This document shows positions 1 to 12,879 of a stretch of DNA of 64,000 nucleotides, piece by piece. Position 1 is the first letter of the stretch. Every line of letters begins with the position of its first letter. Made by a program: the position numbers and the translations under genes. The notes below the pieces were generated by a model. It was not told the DNA's origin. It did not search any database and saw only the letters and a program-made list of their open reading frames with translations. This DNA is from the human T2T-CHM13v2.0 reference genome, Homo sapiens, in NCBI RefSeq assembly GCF_009914755.1, contig NC_060937.1; one strand, 5' to 3'.

Positions 1-9
1 AGCAGGAAC

Positions 10-378
10 TGAAGGAAATCAAACTATTTTACCCCCAAAATATGTTTGTTTGACATACTTTGAAATGGCCCTTGTGAGGAAAATCCACATTCTATAGAGA
101 TTCCCTTTCTTTTTCTAAGTCTCTTTGCTAATCCAGTAGAGAATTAGCTAAGAGTCTGACACTTTTTTAGGTCTGATAAGAAACATTTACAATCTATTCT
201 CTCTGAAGCCTGCAAGCTGGAAGCTTCACCTGCATAATAATAACCTTTGTTTCCACAACCCCTTATCTTCACCTGCCACTCATTTCTATTGATTCCAGAT
301 CTTTAATCAGAAAATATTTGAATCCACCTATGACCTAGAAGCCTCCATTTTGAGTTGTCCCATTTTTCGATACCAAGA
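10..378 (+). mobile_element. ERV1 (MER4-group, MER34/MER39-like) LTR, 3'-truncated
   Basis: Starts TGAAGGAAATCAAA..TTTTACCCCCAAAATAT and contains the MER4-group segment 'tttgaatccacctatgacctagaagc'. It stops where an antisense LTR begins at 379. Subfamily from memory. Confidence 0.6.
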
Positions 379-948
379 TGTTACCAGAAAGGGGTTCCGA
401 TCCAAGAGAGGATCCAACCCAAGAGAGGTTCTTGGATCTCACACAAGAAAAAATTCAGAGTGAGTCCACAGAGTAAAGTGAAAGCAAATGTATTAAGAGA
501 GTAAATGGATGAAAGGATAGCTACTCCATAGACAAAGCAGGGCATTCCCAAAAGCCAGAGGAGGAACACACCTTACAATGCTTGTTTATATATAAGATAA
601 CAAAGCAAAACATCATGGGGGAGATATGCTCCACTACAAGGGCTTGTGACAAAGGATTGTTAATCTTTGTGTCACTACTGTCTTCTAAAGAATGTATATT
701 ATTATCTTCAGAGTGAAATTTAAACTAAGAATGATTTTGTTCTTAAGATATTGGGAAATCTGAACATTTTCTGGGTCTCTTAAGTCCTACGTCTGTTTGG
801 TAAATATTATTAACTTGTTCCCTTAACTGTAAATACCCTGTTGACTAAGAATGCCTAACCTCCTACAAACGAAACCCAGTAGGTCTCAACCTCATTTTAC
901 CCAGTGCCTATTCATGATGGAGTCACTCTGGTTCAAATGCCTCTGACA
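379..948 (-). mobile_element. ERV1 3' LTR (MER41/MER66-like)
   Basis: Minus strand reads TGTCAGAGGCATTTGAACCAGAGTGACTCCATC...GGTAACA (TG...CA ends). It is preceded on the minus strand by a polypurine tract (AAAAGGGAGGGGGAA, ~953-967), which marks it as a 3' LTR. Confidence 0.8.
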
Positions 949-2600
949 TATATTCCCCCTCCCTTTTGCAAGGAGACCTTAATCCTAAGGGTTGTAGAGG
1001 GATGAAGAACCATCTTCTGTAGCTTTTTCAGTCTCAACAGGGGTGATGATATTCCTGCCTAACTATTAGAGTATCTTGTTTTCAGGGTATGGAGGAGTTC
1101 AGTCAGAAGGTGCCAGTATGGTGAGGGTCATTCACAACTCTGAATCCTGATAAAACGTGATATCTGGAAGATTAATAAGTGTCCAATTTAAGAAAGCATT
1201 GAGTAAGCTTATCTCTAATTCCTATACAAAGAGTACAACAGCAATATATCCCACAATAGCAAAGCAATATAACTAAAAATATTCCAAGTAAACCAAATAC
1301 GAAGACTTTCCAGGAACTGGGCAATTGTTGGAACCAAGCTGCTAGGGGGTTGACTGACAGTACATCAATGGCAGAGACATGCCTGTCTAAAGCTTTCATA
1401 GCCTGGGTAATATTATGTGAATAGTCTGGAACATATACACAAAATTCAGTTTTGACTAAAGCACAAGCTCCCCCTTGAGCTGCTGTTAAAATGTCCAAAG
1501 CCGTTTGGTTCTGTAAGGCCACCTACCTAATTTGAGAAGTTTCCTCAGCTGGGAGGGGAAGGACATGGAGTGTAATATTGAGAGCTGCAGCTGTGTGTTT
1601 GGCTAGGGCTTCCACTTGCAGCTCCATATCAACTTTGGCTGCCTGTGAGGAAATTTTAGCCTTTGGGTAAGACCACCAAGACACCTGTTTTTGTCACCTA
1701 TGGCAAGACTTTACTATTTCCCAGTTAGATAAAAGAGAGTCCAATTTAGTGAGGATATGTCCCAAGAGATAAGGGTGTATACTTTCCAGTCCAATTATAA
1801 GGTAAGTCCAGCTAGCCATGAGTTCCACAAACCCATAGCCATTCCCAAGGAGAAGCGTAAGCACCTATTTTTGGCAAATTATGGTACCATCCCATCCACA
1901 GGTGGTCTGTTAAAAGAAGGGTCTGATTACACTCTTCAGGTGCTAACCATCCTATATCATGGGTTTCAGTCTGATGGTGACTGTTACTTTGCCTTTCAAA
2001 ACATAGAAGCACTTTGCTCAATACTTGTATTTAGACAGCTGTCATCCACCCGAGTCCATCGTGTACAGTATAACCTAAAGTTAAACTGGAATTCAGCTGT
2101 TTTTTAATTAGATGAAAAAGGTGACTTTTTGTCTCTCTGTAGGATAGGAAGACGCTGAGGCCCATGAGACTATAGTATATGAGGAAAGTGGGTATGTGTT
2201 TACCATTTTCAGTTTCCCGATCATAATAATGTCCCCATACACTTAGGTTGGCTGGTTTAACAGACCAGGGCAATGGGAAGTGAAGAAAAGTGGCAATTCT
2301 CCACTTACCCAACATGTGATGTGATCATATAGAGAGGCTAAAGTCTATGCCCACTCAGCAAATAAGCTACTCACTGTGTGATTCCAACTTATACCCAAAA
2401 GTAGAATGCCAATCCCAATTTTTATGTTAACTATCCCTTTCATTTATTCTGAGGAGGAGCCAGGGGTCACAGGTTGGCTCAAAGGAATAAGTAGGATCAG
2501 TCTCTTGTGTTTTGGCAGCCCATAGGACTTCATAAGAAACAGGTTTAATTCGAGATAAGTGGACCCAGCTGTTTATTCACTGCTTCTATGTTACCCAACT
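949..2600 (-). mobile_element. ERV1 internal region: integrase C-terminus and env remnants
   Basis: Minus-strand translation at ~2527-2578 gives INSWVHLSRIKPVSYEV, which resembles a retroviral integrase C-terminus. An env-like frame follows, then the PPT and LTR. Confidence 0.8.
1172..1699 (-). pseudogene. Decayed gamma-type ERV env, transmembrane subunit
   Basis: One frame reads R*QKQ (decayed furin site)..ELQVEALAKHTAAALN..EETSQIR*VALQNQTALDILTAAQGGACALVKTEFCVYVPD..hydrophobic anchor..stop. It has an immunosuppressive-domain motif, CX6CC mutated to CX6FC, and in-frame stops at 1694-1696 and 1523-1525. Confidence 0.9.
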
Positions 2601-2765
2601 TCTCTTCATTTTCAATGTCCTGGCCTCCAAAGTTAAAGAAAATAGGAAAATACCATCTGTATTTTTAAGGCCTATTGTTTTATTTTCAGCATTTCAAAGG
2701 TACTAGAGATACATAGTTTTATTCAGTGTCTATGAATTATTCCTACATGAATCAGCAGAAGCAAG

Positions 2766-3267
2766 TGATGAGGTTCAGGATACCTCCCTCTAAAATATAG
2801 CACTTTGGCATTTGAGGAAACAGCAGAAACAGGAAGATGCTTCTCACCTTTCCCTGCCCTTCTACCCTGAAGGAGGTCATAAAACCTTAATTCCAGAGGT
2901 GCTTTCCCTACCCAGTGGGAAGGAACATCCTTATCCTCAAAGACAGAGATGCCAAGAATCTGAACAAAGAAGCTTTGCTATGATCTCCCTAGGCTAATAC
3001 CATTGGGTCACACCCCTTTTGTCCAGTCATACTTCCCCACAGCTATCCACTTCATATTTGGCATAAAACTTTGTCAAACTTGTCATAAAAATACAACAGT
3101 TCTCCTGTTTCTTTGGGTCTTTACTTCTGAAGCCTCCTGTGTCAGATAACACATATTAAATACATTTCTATAGTTTTCTCTTGTTAATCTGTCTTTTTAT
3201 TATAGGTGCCTCCACCGTTAACCTTGTGTTGAATAAGAATAAAGATATTATTTCTTCCCCCTATACA
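2766..3267 (+). mobile_element. Solo ERV1 LTR, MER34-family
   Basis: TG...ACA ends. The 5' part 'ggttcagga..aaaatatagcactttggca..gaaacagcagaaacaggaag' matches the recalled MER34 consensus, and there is an ATTAAA-type polyA region near the 3' end. Confidence 0.7.
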
Positions 3268-3749
3268 GGGAGTTGAAAGATTTGATAAATAAGAATTGTG
3301 TGCTATTTTGGTGGGCTCTCTGCCAGGCAGTGGCAAGTAAAGCATGAAGGTAGTGTGCCTTCTTCCCAGACATAGCATGACAGCATCAGAGGACCTCTCC
3401 AGACTTACACTGGAATTCATGAACCAACATTTGGAGATGGTGTTAAGGTTCCTCATGTGATTTAATGCACTTGAAGCCTTCTTATTTCTCTGCAGTCAAC
3501 TTCTTCCTCAGTAGAGGCACATTAATCCTTTGGCAGAAACCCAGTTCCTGTCATAGTGATTTCTTTAATTTTACCTTCATGTCCTTGACATTACAACCTT
3601 TATTTTGATTTGACTTTATTTTTATTTATAAAAGATATTTAAATATTTATAATTATTTTGATTTCCCAGTCAATTCTTTATAATATGCCTTTTTGCATCA
3701 TTCTAATTGTTTTTTCTATAAGTCCTTTCTCCTTTTCTCAAATGGTCAC

Positions 3750-4397
3750 TACTGCCTGCACATTGGGGAGCTCAATATCTTCATCAGAGTCTTCCTACCT
3801 GTCCCCATCCCAACTTTCAGGATTCTGTTCTTTCCCAATAAATGCCTTTACTCCAACAGTAGACACCTACAGGGCTGAGAGTTCAACTTTTGTTATAATT
3901 CAGACAATCACATGACAAAGACCTCTGTTTGATTTTCAACGATTTCAGCTCTGTACTTACACGAAAGAAGATTCTCCTTCAGAGGACACTTAGAAGCTTT
4001 TAGACTATTTATGTGAAGCTGGAGCCAGAAATTCAAATTTATGAGCTCATCCTTTCCTTTCGTCACTTTGTCCAACAGTATTAGGTGCAACTAACCAACA
4101 TCATTTCATTCCTTCATTTTCCAAATATGTTCACAGGCATCACACACAGAGTTACTAGGTTTCTTGCATCTTAAAAGTGGTCAATTAGGAGTATCCAATG
4201 CAGATATTTTGGGTCTCCCTATAAACAGTTTATGCCATGAACTACCAGTGCTCTCTGTATTATTATTGGAAATAGAGTTCTTAGTATTTTTAAGCCAAAT
4301 CAGATTATAGAACCAATTCCAGAAATCCCCAAAACAATGAAGAAAACTCATTCTAAAAATTCTGTTCCTTTAGAATTCCACTGTCAGTACCAAAACC
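3750..4397 (-). mobile_element. ERVL internal fragment (PBS, leader, gag remnant)
   Basis: On the minus strand, TTTTGGTACTGACAGTGG directly follows the MLT2 LTR and resembles a tRNA-Leu PBS. The translation VKAFIGKEQNPESWDGDR*EDSDED (~3775-3851) resembles HERV-L gag (VRALIGKEWDP..W.GDVWED). Confidence 0.75.
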
Positions 4398-5030
4398 TGT
4401 TTTAGTCAGGGTTTTCCAGAGAAACAGAAGCAACTGGATATAAGCAGAGATATAGGGAAGGGAATTTATTAGGAAAATTGGCTCACTTGAATATGGAGAC
4501 TGAGAAGTCCCACAGTAAGCTGTCTGCAACCCAGAAAACCAGGAAAGCCAATGGCATGGCTCAGCCCAATCTGAAGGCCTCAGAGCCTAGGAAATTTATG
4601 TTGTAATTCTCAGTTTGAGGTCAAAGGCCCGAGAGCCCTCAGTGCCACGGAAAAGAGTCTAAAGGCCAGAGAACCTGGAATTCTGACATCAAGGGCAGGA
4701 GAAGAAAGGCATCCCATCTCCAGAAGAGAGATGGTACGAATTTTCCCTTCCTCTACCTTTTTATTCCATCAGGTTTCCACCAGAATAGATGGTGCCCACC
4801 CACAATGATCAGTCCACTGACTCACACTCTATCTCCTCCAGACATACCCTCACAGACACACTTGGGACAGCCTAATCATTCTAATCAAATCCCAAACCAC
4901 TTGAATTTCCCTTTCAGAAGAAGACAGGTGGGCTCAATGCTTACCTAAGCATTAAGAATAAATAATGCTTTACCAGCTATCTAAGCGTCTCTTAACCCAG
5001 TGAGGTTAACACCCAAACTCAACAATCACA
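4398..5030 (-). mobile_element. MLT2 (ERVL) 5' LTR, MLT2B-like
   Basis: Minus strand begins TGTGATTGTTGAGTTTGGGTGTTAACCTCACTGGGTTAAG..GCTGGTAAAGCATTATT and ends TTCTGTTTCTCTGGAAAACCCTGACTAAAACA. Confidence 0.85.
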
Positions 5031-6072
5031 TTCCTTTCCTCAAATAATCACTATTGCATGCATATTGTGGAGGCCCAAACAGATGATGATGGAAGGGCTG
5101 GGCATACTTATTATTTTGTACTAGCTATGTGGCTGCTCAGATTTTTAAAGAAAACATAAACTACACAACCTTGAATTGCTAATTCTAAAAATCTACCTCT
5201 TTTCATCTGAGACATAATAACCAGCAAGATAAAGTAACTTCCTCAAAGAGACAGCTAAGGATTTTAGTTTGGTAGAATAAGTTTCAAGAACTAGATGATT
5301 TTCAAATTATTCAAAATAAGATTCAAGATTAAATAAATAAGTACATGTCTAATATTTAAAGCAAACATTTTGTTTTGTCTGGTAGAATTCAGATGTTGAC
5401 TATTTATGGTATCTTATATGAGTAAACATAGAACATTGATTGCCAAGATAAACCAGAGATAAATAAACACAATTATAGGAAATTTCTTCTGACATATACA
5501 TATTGCAAGGTTTGAATTTCTGCTTTGTAGCTTGAAGTCACATATGTAATAATATTTGAAAGATGTATTGATTCTCTAGGAGAGAGTAATTTTCTCCAGG
5601 AACTAAGGAATAGTACCGTATGCTTATAATGGAGGGAACATCTGTTAATCATGATTTTTTTTCTTAATTCAGGAAACTTTAAATGAAAAAAAAGAGAATA
5701 ATAACCAATAAGAGAAACATTAAGACATCAGTAGGTAAATAGATAAATAACCTGAATAGAAAATACACACAAAAAGGAAATATGGCTAGAGAAATAGAGA
5801 GGAAAAAAATGAAGGTTTAAAAGTTATTGTTAGACTTACTCAGAGAGAAAAGTGCATTTTGTTTAGGATAATACAGATGGGCCGATTCTAGCTGTGAAAA
5901 GATAGCCCTAGGACAAATCCTCCCTTAACTGAAAATAACAGTCTAGGTCTCTCTAAAGCTTTCTTTTCGGAGGTCTCTTTACCCCTGTCTTATGAGATCT
6001 GAGACTGAAAGAAGAGGCAGGGTAGGAGGATAAAGAAATACAGAAAATGTTTCCATGTTTCCAGAAATCCAC

Positions 6073-6474
6073 TGATACCGTTTGGATGTCAGTCCGCTCC
6101 AAATCTCATGTTAAAATGTGATCCCCAGTGTTGGAGGTGGGGTCTGGTGGGAGGTGTTTAGGTCATGGGGTTGGATCTCCCATGAACGGCTTGGTGCCAT
6201 CCCCATGGCAATGGGTGAGTTCTCGCTCTGGCAGTTCACACAAGAGCTGGTTGTTTAAAAGCGCCTGGCACCTCCTCCTTTTTCTCTTGCTCCCGCTTTC
6301 TCCCCCTTCACCTTCCACCATGAGTGGAAGCTTCCTGAGGCCTCGCCAGGAGCAGACACTGCCACCATGCTTCCTGTACAGCCTGCAGAACCATGAACCA
6401 ATGAAACTTCTTTTCTTTATAAATTACCCAGCCTCAGGGATTCTTCTACAGCAAAGCAAAAACAGACTAACACA
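6073..6474 (+). mobile_element. MST (MaLR) solo LTR, MSTB-like
   Basis: TGATACCGTTTGGATG..CCAAATCTCATGTT..GTTGGAGGTGGGG...CAGACTAACACA, with a 5-bp TSD tccac/tcctc. Confidence 0.9.
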
Positions 6475-8576
6475 TCCTCCCTAATGGTCACTCAGGCAGT
6501 GGCTCAGGAAACCCCCTCTCTCCCGTTCTGGCTCAGATTCCTTTCTTCTTTTATTCACTGGCTCTCACATCATGGTTTCTTATCGCACTGACCTGGGCTA
6601 GAATAGCTGTTTCTCCATTTCCATGTCTGTAACACCTTGGTGGTCTGATTTTAAGCATACCTACATTATTCATCTGCTGCATTTCTCTAGCTCTGGTTCA
6701 TCTCTATTTCAAATTTGCTCTTGCACAGATCCATGTGAACATTGAGATGGAAGATTCTCCTGCAGTGTTTGTTCTCCAGTGCATATTCTTCCCAGAGCAG
6801 GCTCCAAGTTCTTCAGAAACATCTTTTCTGTACGTATAACCAATCGCTCCTCTGGGAGGAAGTAGAATCCTGGACTGTTTCAGCTACTCTGGAACTTGGA
6901 GAAAGAAAGCAGCTTCAAAGAGCCTGCAAAGCTCTTCCAGACCTTCGGAAGTCATGGATTCTCTGACTGTGGCATGCACTCTGACACAGTCCTCACCCAC
7001 CCAAGCACCTATTGTTTTGCTTCCAAATTTTAATGTTTAACTATTTTATGCTCACTTCTTTGAGAGCTGCATACACAGGAATATGGTAACTCAAAAACTG
7101 GCCCTCCAGATCTTCCTAACAGTGGTTTCTCTCCATCAATACTTATTTTGGGGGACCCATCCATTCTCAATCTTAGCCCCCAACCCAGTCATCACTGTTA
7201 CCCAATTTGCAAAGATATCCCAACGGAATTCCAGTCCCCTATGTAGCAAAATGCACCATCTCAAGTTAGAATATGACCTCCAGTAATGACATCTTGGAGA
7301 AAGAATATTTTAAGAAAACATACTTTTTCTAATCATAATTAAGTATACTTTAGTTATGACATATCTATTATTGATTTATATGATTATGCTTAGAATCATA
7401 TAGAGGGCTTCTAATGTTAAAGAGAGAAATCCATCAAGGTTAAAAAATCAGCTTTTCCTTTTTTTGTTTTCTGAGAACTACAAAACATATTTATTAATTT
7501 ACTCATGAACTACATGACTCCTAAGATTCCTTCAAGGAAATAGTTTTTAATTATTTTATCAATCTAAATCTATTTGAATCTAAATCTATGTGAGTTCTAT
7601 ATTGTGTTCATTTCAATGAGGGAAACAGCAAGAGAGAAAGAAAGTGAAAAAGAGAAAAGCAATAGAAGGGGAAGAGAAGCACTCAGGGGAAAGAGAAAGA
7701 TGGATGAAGGAAAAATCCCCCGTTCACTCAATCAGCAAATATGCATTAAGGGTTTCATCTGTGGCCAGCACAGAGCTAAAAAGGAGAAAGAGGAGAAAGA
7801 AGGATGAAATCAAAAGAATGGGAGAAGCCTAGTGTTTTTTTAATTAGAGGGCATCCGGGGTTAACTGCTATTTACTAAAGCTGTGGTGTGTGAGGTGTTA
7901 TTGCCTGGAAGATGAAGCCACCTCCATTCGACATTTTATCGAGCTAAAATATGCAAATCACAGTTCTCCACAGCACATCATTAAACCTTCACAGACTCTT
8001 CCTGAGATGGAATCATTCCGGTGATAAAATCACACTGGGGGCTGCAGAAGCTCTTGCCAGGCCCACACTCATATACGGGATATTTGCCAAGAATCAGATG
8101 AACAAGGGCTGAGGGCCAAATTTGGCCCATGAGCTGGAGGTTTGCCAAATCCAAAGTAATTCAAGATGCTGGTCCAACAAATATTCTGCAGTATGAAGTC
8201 GTGTCCTGAGTTCACAGTTTCATGTACTGAAAAAAATGAATATAATCAGGGGCTACTTTTTTTATGGCATGCCAACCTCTTTATACTCTTAAAAGATACA
8301 TGAAATGAAAAATGCTCAATTATAGATGAAATATATAATTGGTGCCTGTTATAAATTTCAGAAAGACTCAATTTATTAAAATTAGTGAACAAAGAGTTTT
8401 TAAGTTGCAGACCTAGTTCAATCTATTGCTAGCTGAATACATACTCTGAAGATATATCAACTTCTGTCAGTTCTTATTTCAGCAAATGGGGTTTTCTGAT
8501 TTATTCAATGACCAGGACTTTCTGAATTGTTGACACTGTTTTTCTCTCTTAATTCCTTAAAAACCAGGTCAGTTTT

Positions 8577-8881
8577 CTTTTTTATTATTATTATACTTTA
8601 AGTTCTGGGGCACATGTGCACAACCTGCAGATTTGTTACATATATATACAATGGGTGCCATGTTGGTATGCTGCACCCATTAACTCGTCATTTACATTAG
8701 GTATATCTCCTAATGCTATCCATCCGCCCTCCCCCTACCCCATGACAGACCCCAGTGTGTGATGTTCCCCACCCTGTGTCCAAGTGTTCTCATTGTTCAG
8801 TTCCCACCTATGAGTGAGAATATGCGGTGTTTGGTTTTCTGTCCTTGTGATAGTTTGCTTAGAATGATGGTTTCCAGCTTC
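8577..8881 (-). mobile_element. 5'-truncated L1PA 3' end
   Basis: Canonical antisense L1 3' end (ttattatactttaagttct..catgtgcacaac). 17-bp TSD aaaaccag(g/a)tcagtttt at 8560-8576 and 8882-8898. Confidence 0.95.
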
Positions 8882-9399
8882 AAAACCAGATCAGTTTTGT
8901 TACCTTCTTCCCTACTGACCCCTCCAGTTTTCTGATAGCAGTGGCTTCAGAAGTATGTGTGAGAAAAGTCAAAGCAAAGAAGGATGAAATATATCCTGCT
9001 TTAGAATATTGGAGAAAGAGCTTTATAAACCTGTAATATTCTTATTTAGCAATTGTGTTCAATAAGTTTCTCATTATTTATCATTTAGACTTTTAAGCTA
9101 AAGTGAGATAAAATTTAGTATAGATTTCTTCATATTCTCTTAAATTCTTTTGCATTTTGTGAAATTATTTTATTGAACTGTAAAATCTTTCTTTATATAA
9201 ACTCTTTTGAAGGCTTTACTGTATCATGAAATATGATTTTCCTTATGTCTTATGCCCAAGTGGTTTTCAGAGAAAGACATTTTGGTTTTATAATGAAAAT
9301 CAATGGGCAACTAAGACTACATGGAAAGAAACTGTACAGATACTATGGTTGGGAATGGAACTATTTCAGTACTCCGTTACACATTAAGAATTTGGAGTT

Positions 9400-10306
9400 C
9401 TGCAAATTTACTAGAAAAAAAAGCAATGCCATCAAAAGATAGGTAAATGATATGAACAGACACTTCTCAAAAGAAGACATTTATGCGGCCAACAAACATG
9501 TGAAAAAAAGCTCATCGTCACTGGTCATTAGAGAAATGCAAATCAAAACCACAATGAGATACCATCTCACACCAGTTAGAATGACGATCATTAAAAAGTC
9601 AGGAAACAACAGATGCTGGCGAGGATGTGGAGATATAGGAACAGTTTTACACTGTTGGTAGGAGTGTAAATTAGTTCAACCATTGTGGAAGATAGTGTGG
9701 CGATTCCTCAAGGATCTAGAACCAGAAATACCATTTGACCCAGCAATCCCATTACTGGGTATATACACAAAGGATTATAAATATTCTACTATAAAGACGC
9801 ATGCACCTGTATGTTTATTGCAACACGATTTACAATAGCAAAGACTTGGAACCAACCCAAATGCCCATCAATGAGAGACTGGATAAAGAAAATGTGGCAC
9901 ATATACACCATGGAATACAATGCAGCCATAAAAAAGAATGAGTTCATGTCCTTTTCAAGGACATGGATGAAGCTGGAAGCCATCATTCTCAGCAAACTAA
10001 CGCAGGGACAGAAAACCAAACACTGCATGTTCTCACTCATAAGTGGGAGTTGAACAGTGAGAACACATGGACACAGGAGGGGAATATCACACACCAGCGC
10101 CTGTCAGGGGGTTGGGGGCAAAGGGAGGGAGAGCATTAGGATAAATACCTAATGCATGAGGGGCTTAAAACCTAGATGACGGGTTGATAGATGCAGCAAA
10201 CCACCATGGCACATGTATACCTATGTGACAAACCTGCATATTCTGCAAATGTATCCCAGAAATTAAAGTAAAATTTTAAAAAAAAAAATTCTAAAAAAAA
10301 AAAGAA
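9400..10306 (+). mobile_element. 5'-truncated L1PA (ORF2 C-terminus, 3'UTR, polyA)
   Basis: ORF2 peptides [34 protein letters not shown] and WNQPKCPS..WIKKMWHIYTMEY, broken by stops. PolyA tail. Perfect 14-bp TSD aagaatttggagtt (9386-9399 / 10307-10320). Confidence 0.97.
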
Positions 10307-10956
10307 AAGAATTTGGAGTTTTGGCAAGATTTTTGGACAAGGAAACTCCCACCAAAATTCTATAATGTAAGAGCTCAGTCATAAAACAGAGCTCAGCTGG
10401 CGGAGCCTGATTTGCCTCCTACAAACCTCCCTTTAAAAGGCTCAGGAAAGCAAGAATGAGGTACAAAGTTGCAAAAGCAGTGGATTCTGGAAATATGGGT
10501 CAACTCACTGGAAGAATTTCAACTCTCCAGGGTGCAAGTAGGGCCCACAGGTACAAGAGTGAGAGTGAACTAGAAAGGTACAGCCCATCTCTGATGTCTC
10601 TCTGCACCCCTTCCTTCACAGTCATGGGGACTCTACAGGCCACGGGGTGGGCTGCCAGCCTCCTTGATCACAGAGTCCCTTTCTGAAGGAAACAAGCTCA
10701 TTTCACAAGCATGGCAAACCCTTTCCTCGTTAGAAATGCTCTGTCTCACTAATTTTAGGGACTGTAATTTCCAGTACTACAAAAGACCGTGTGCAGAAGC
10801 AACAGTGGTTCAGTTCATGTAATTCCTCATGTTATACATTTATATATGACAAGGACTGCCTTAAGAATTCAGGATGAAATGATGAAGATACAGTCTTTGC
10901 ATGAATATAATAGTAAAACAAACACACACAAATTATAATATAAAAAAAATCCTAGA

Positions 10957-11250
10957 GGCCAGGTGCGGTGGCTTATGCCTATAATTCCAGCACTTCGGGA
11001 GGCTGAGGTGGGTGGATCACTTGAGGTCAGGAGTTTGGGGTCAGCCTGGTCAACATGGTGAAACCCCATCTCTACTAAAAACACAAAAATTAGCCAGGTG
11101 TAGTGGCACGTGCCTGTAATCTCAGCTACTAGGGAGGCTGAGTCAGGAGAATCGTTCAAACCCAGGAGGTGGAAGCTGCAGTGAGCCAACATCGCGCCAC
11201 TGCATTCCAACCAGGGTGACACAGCAAGACTCAGTCTCAAATAAACAAAC
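10957..11250 (+). mobile_element. AluS
   Basis: Full dimeric Alu with TSD aaaat(c/t)ctaga. Confidence 0.95.
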
Positions 11251-12009
11251 AAAATTCTAGAAAGCATTTCCCAAGGCCTGAAAGCTAATGAAGGGCATTT
11301 CACAGGTGGCAAGTGGACCATTGCAGCGTCTCTTCTCCCATTCCTTCACAGCCACTCAGCCCTGCCTCTTAGTTAGGCATATTGCTTCCTACAATAAAAG
11401 ACTCTGCCTCACTTTCTCTTCTGGGCTATGCTGACATAGTGGAGCTACCAGGTCAGCCATGGACAGCCATCTTTCCTGAATTATTTTACGTGAAAAAAAT
11501 GGTGCATTTTTATTTTACATCGTTATTTGGGGGCTCATCCGGTGAACTTAAATCTAACTGATTCAAGGGGCCAGTCACATGAGGGGAGAAGGCAGAAAGG
11601 GCCTAACTTAAGAAACAAAAGAAGACATGCAGGGCCAGGAAGGAGAAGACCTCTGAGAGTAGTGTGCTCTGTCATTGTAGTATGGAACTTTCCTACTCCT
11701 AGCACAGGAAGATCTAAATTCTGCTTCAGAACCACTAAGCAGTCACTCCTCATTCTAGTAGAGCCACGGTAGAAAAGTAAAACTGTGGCCCAACAACTTT
11801 GACTAGAAGACCAGGATACCAACCAGCATTTCAGTGGGGAATGAGGTAGCAGCAACAGCAAGGATTCCCAAGAGAAAGTACTGGTGGTGTGTGTGTATGT
11901 TAACAGCCACACTAGTGTGGCAGCAAAAATGTCACACTTATTTTACTTAGAAATAGATGTTACTTATTTTCAAGCTCCTGCTTGAGTTGATGGCAACAGG
12001 CTTGCCTAT

Positions 12010-12140
12010 TGTAACAGGCACCCTCTAGGGTGCATACCCACACCCACCTGGATCCCTGCCTCCTCATGTCCATGCCCTTGTGAAATCCTCTTTCTTTGAG
12101 TAGGGGTTGGAGCAGTGATTTGCTTATAATCAATAGAATA
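12010..12140 (+). mobile_element. MLT1 (MaLR) LTR 5' fragment
   Basis: 'catgcccttgtgaaatcctc..ttgagtagggg..gtgatttgcttataatcaatagaata' resembles an MLT1E/F start. Confidence 0.55.
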
Positions 12141-12397
12141 TACACGTGTAGGTGTGTAGTAGGCGCTGTCATCTAGGTTGGTGTAAGTACACTCTGTGAT
12201 GTTCACACAATGATGAAATTGCTGAACAATGCATTTCTCAGAATGTATCCCCACCAAAAAGAGACACATGACTGTAGGCAGGAGGAAATGCATAAGTTAA
12301 ATGCAAACACTAAGCCATTTTATGTCAAGGACTTGAACATCTGTGGTTTTTGTTATCTACAGGGGCCAGTCCTCTGTGGATACTGAGGTACAACTGT
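12141..12397. mobile_element. Adjacent TcMar-Tigger fragments (Tigger3/MER47-like, then MER2-like)
   Basis: 'gtaagtacactctgtgatgttcacacaatga..gcatttctcagaatgtatcccc..acatgactg' followed by 'ccattttatgtcaaggacttgaacatctgtgg..gtggatactgaggtacaactg'. Confidence 0.7.
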
Positions 12398-12879
12398 AAG
12401 GTTTCACCTTTTAGTTTTAGATCTCTAATCCATTGGGAATTTATTTTTGTGTTTTGTGTGAGATATATATCTAATGTTACCTTTTTCCAAATTACTATTT
12501 CATCCTCCAGTCTCTTCTTTCTCTGTTCCATTTTCCATACACTGCCCAATCTGTCTTACTAAAACAGTTTCCTCCATTCTTCTCTTACTCGGTGACCACA
12601 AATGGCTTCTTGTCATTTGTTGCATCAAATCCAAACAAAGCTTCATGCCAAAAATTAAAGTTCTCCATGATATGCACCATTTAATGTATTCAATTCCTTC
12701 TCCATAATCCTAAAATGCACCTGTTCCACAGCCTTTCATCTAGCCTTCAAAATGTCCCTGAACGTTGGGATTTTGATAGTGCTGTTCAATTTTTTCTTCC
12801 TGTCTACTTATAAGAGTGCTACAACTCCTTAAATCAATATATTTGAAGAAATAATTACTGTAATTTTATAAATGTGGTA

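Noticed and set aside
9452-10053. L1 ORF2 peptides as an active element
   Set aside because: The element is only ~0.9 kb, 5'-truncated, and has internal stops.
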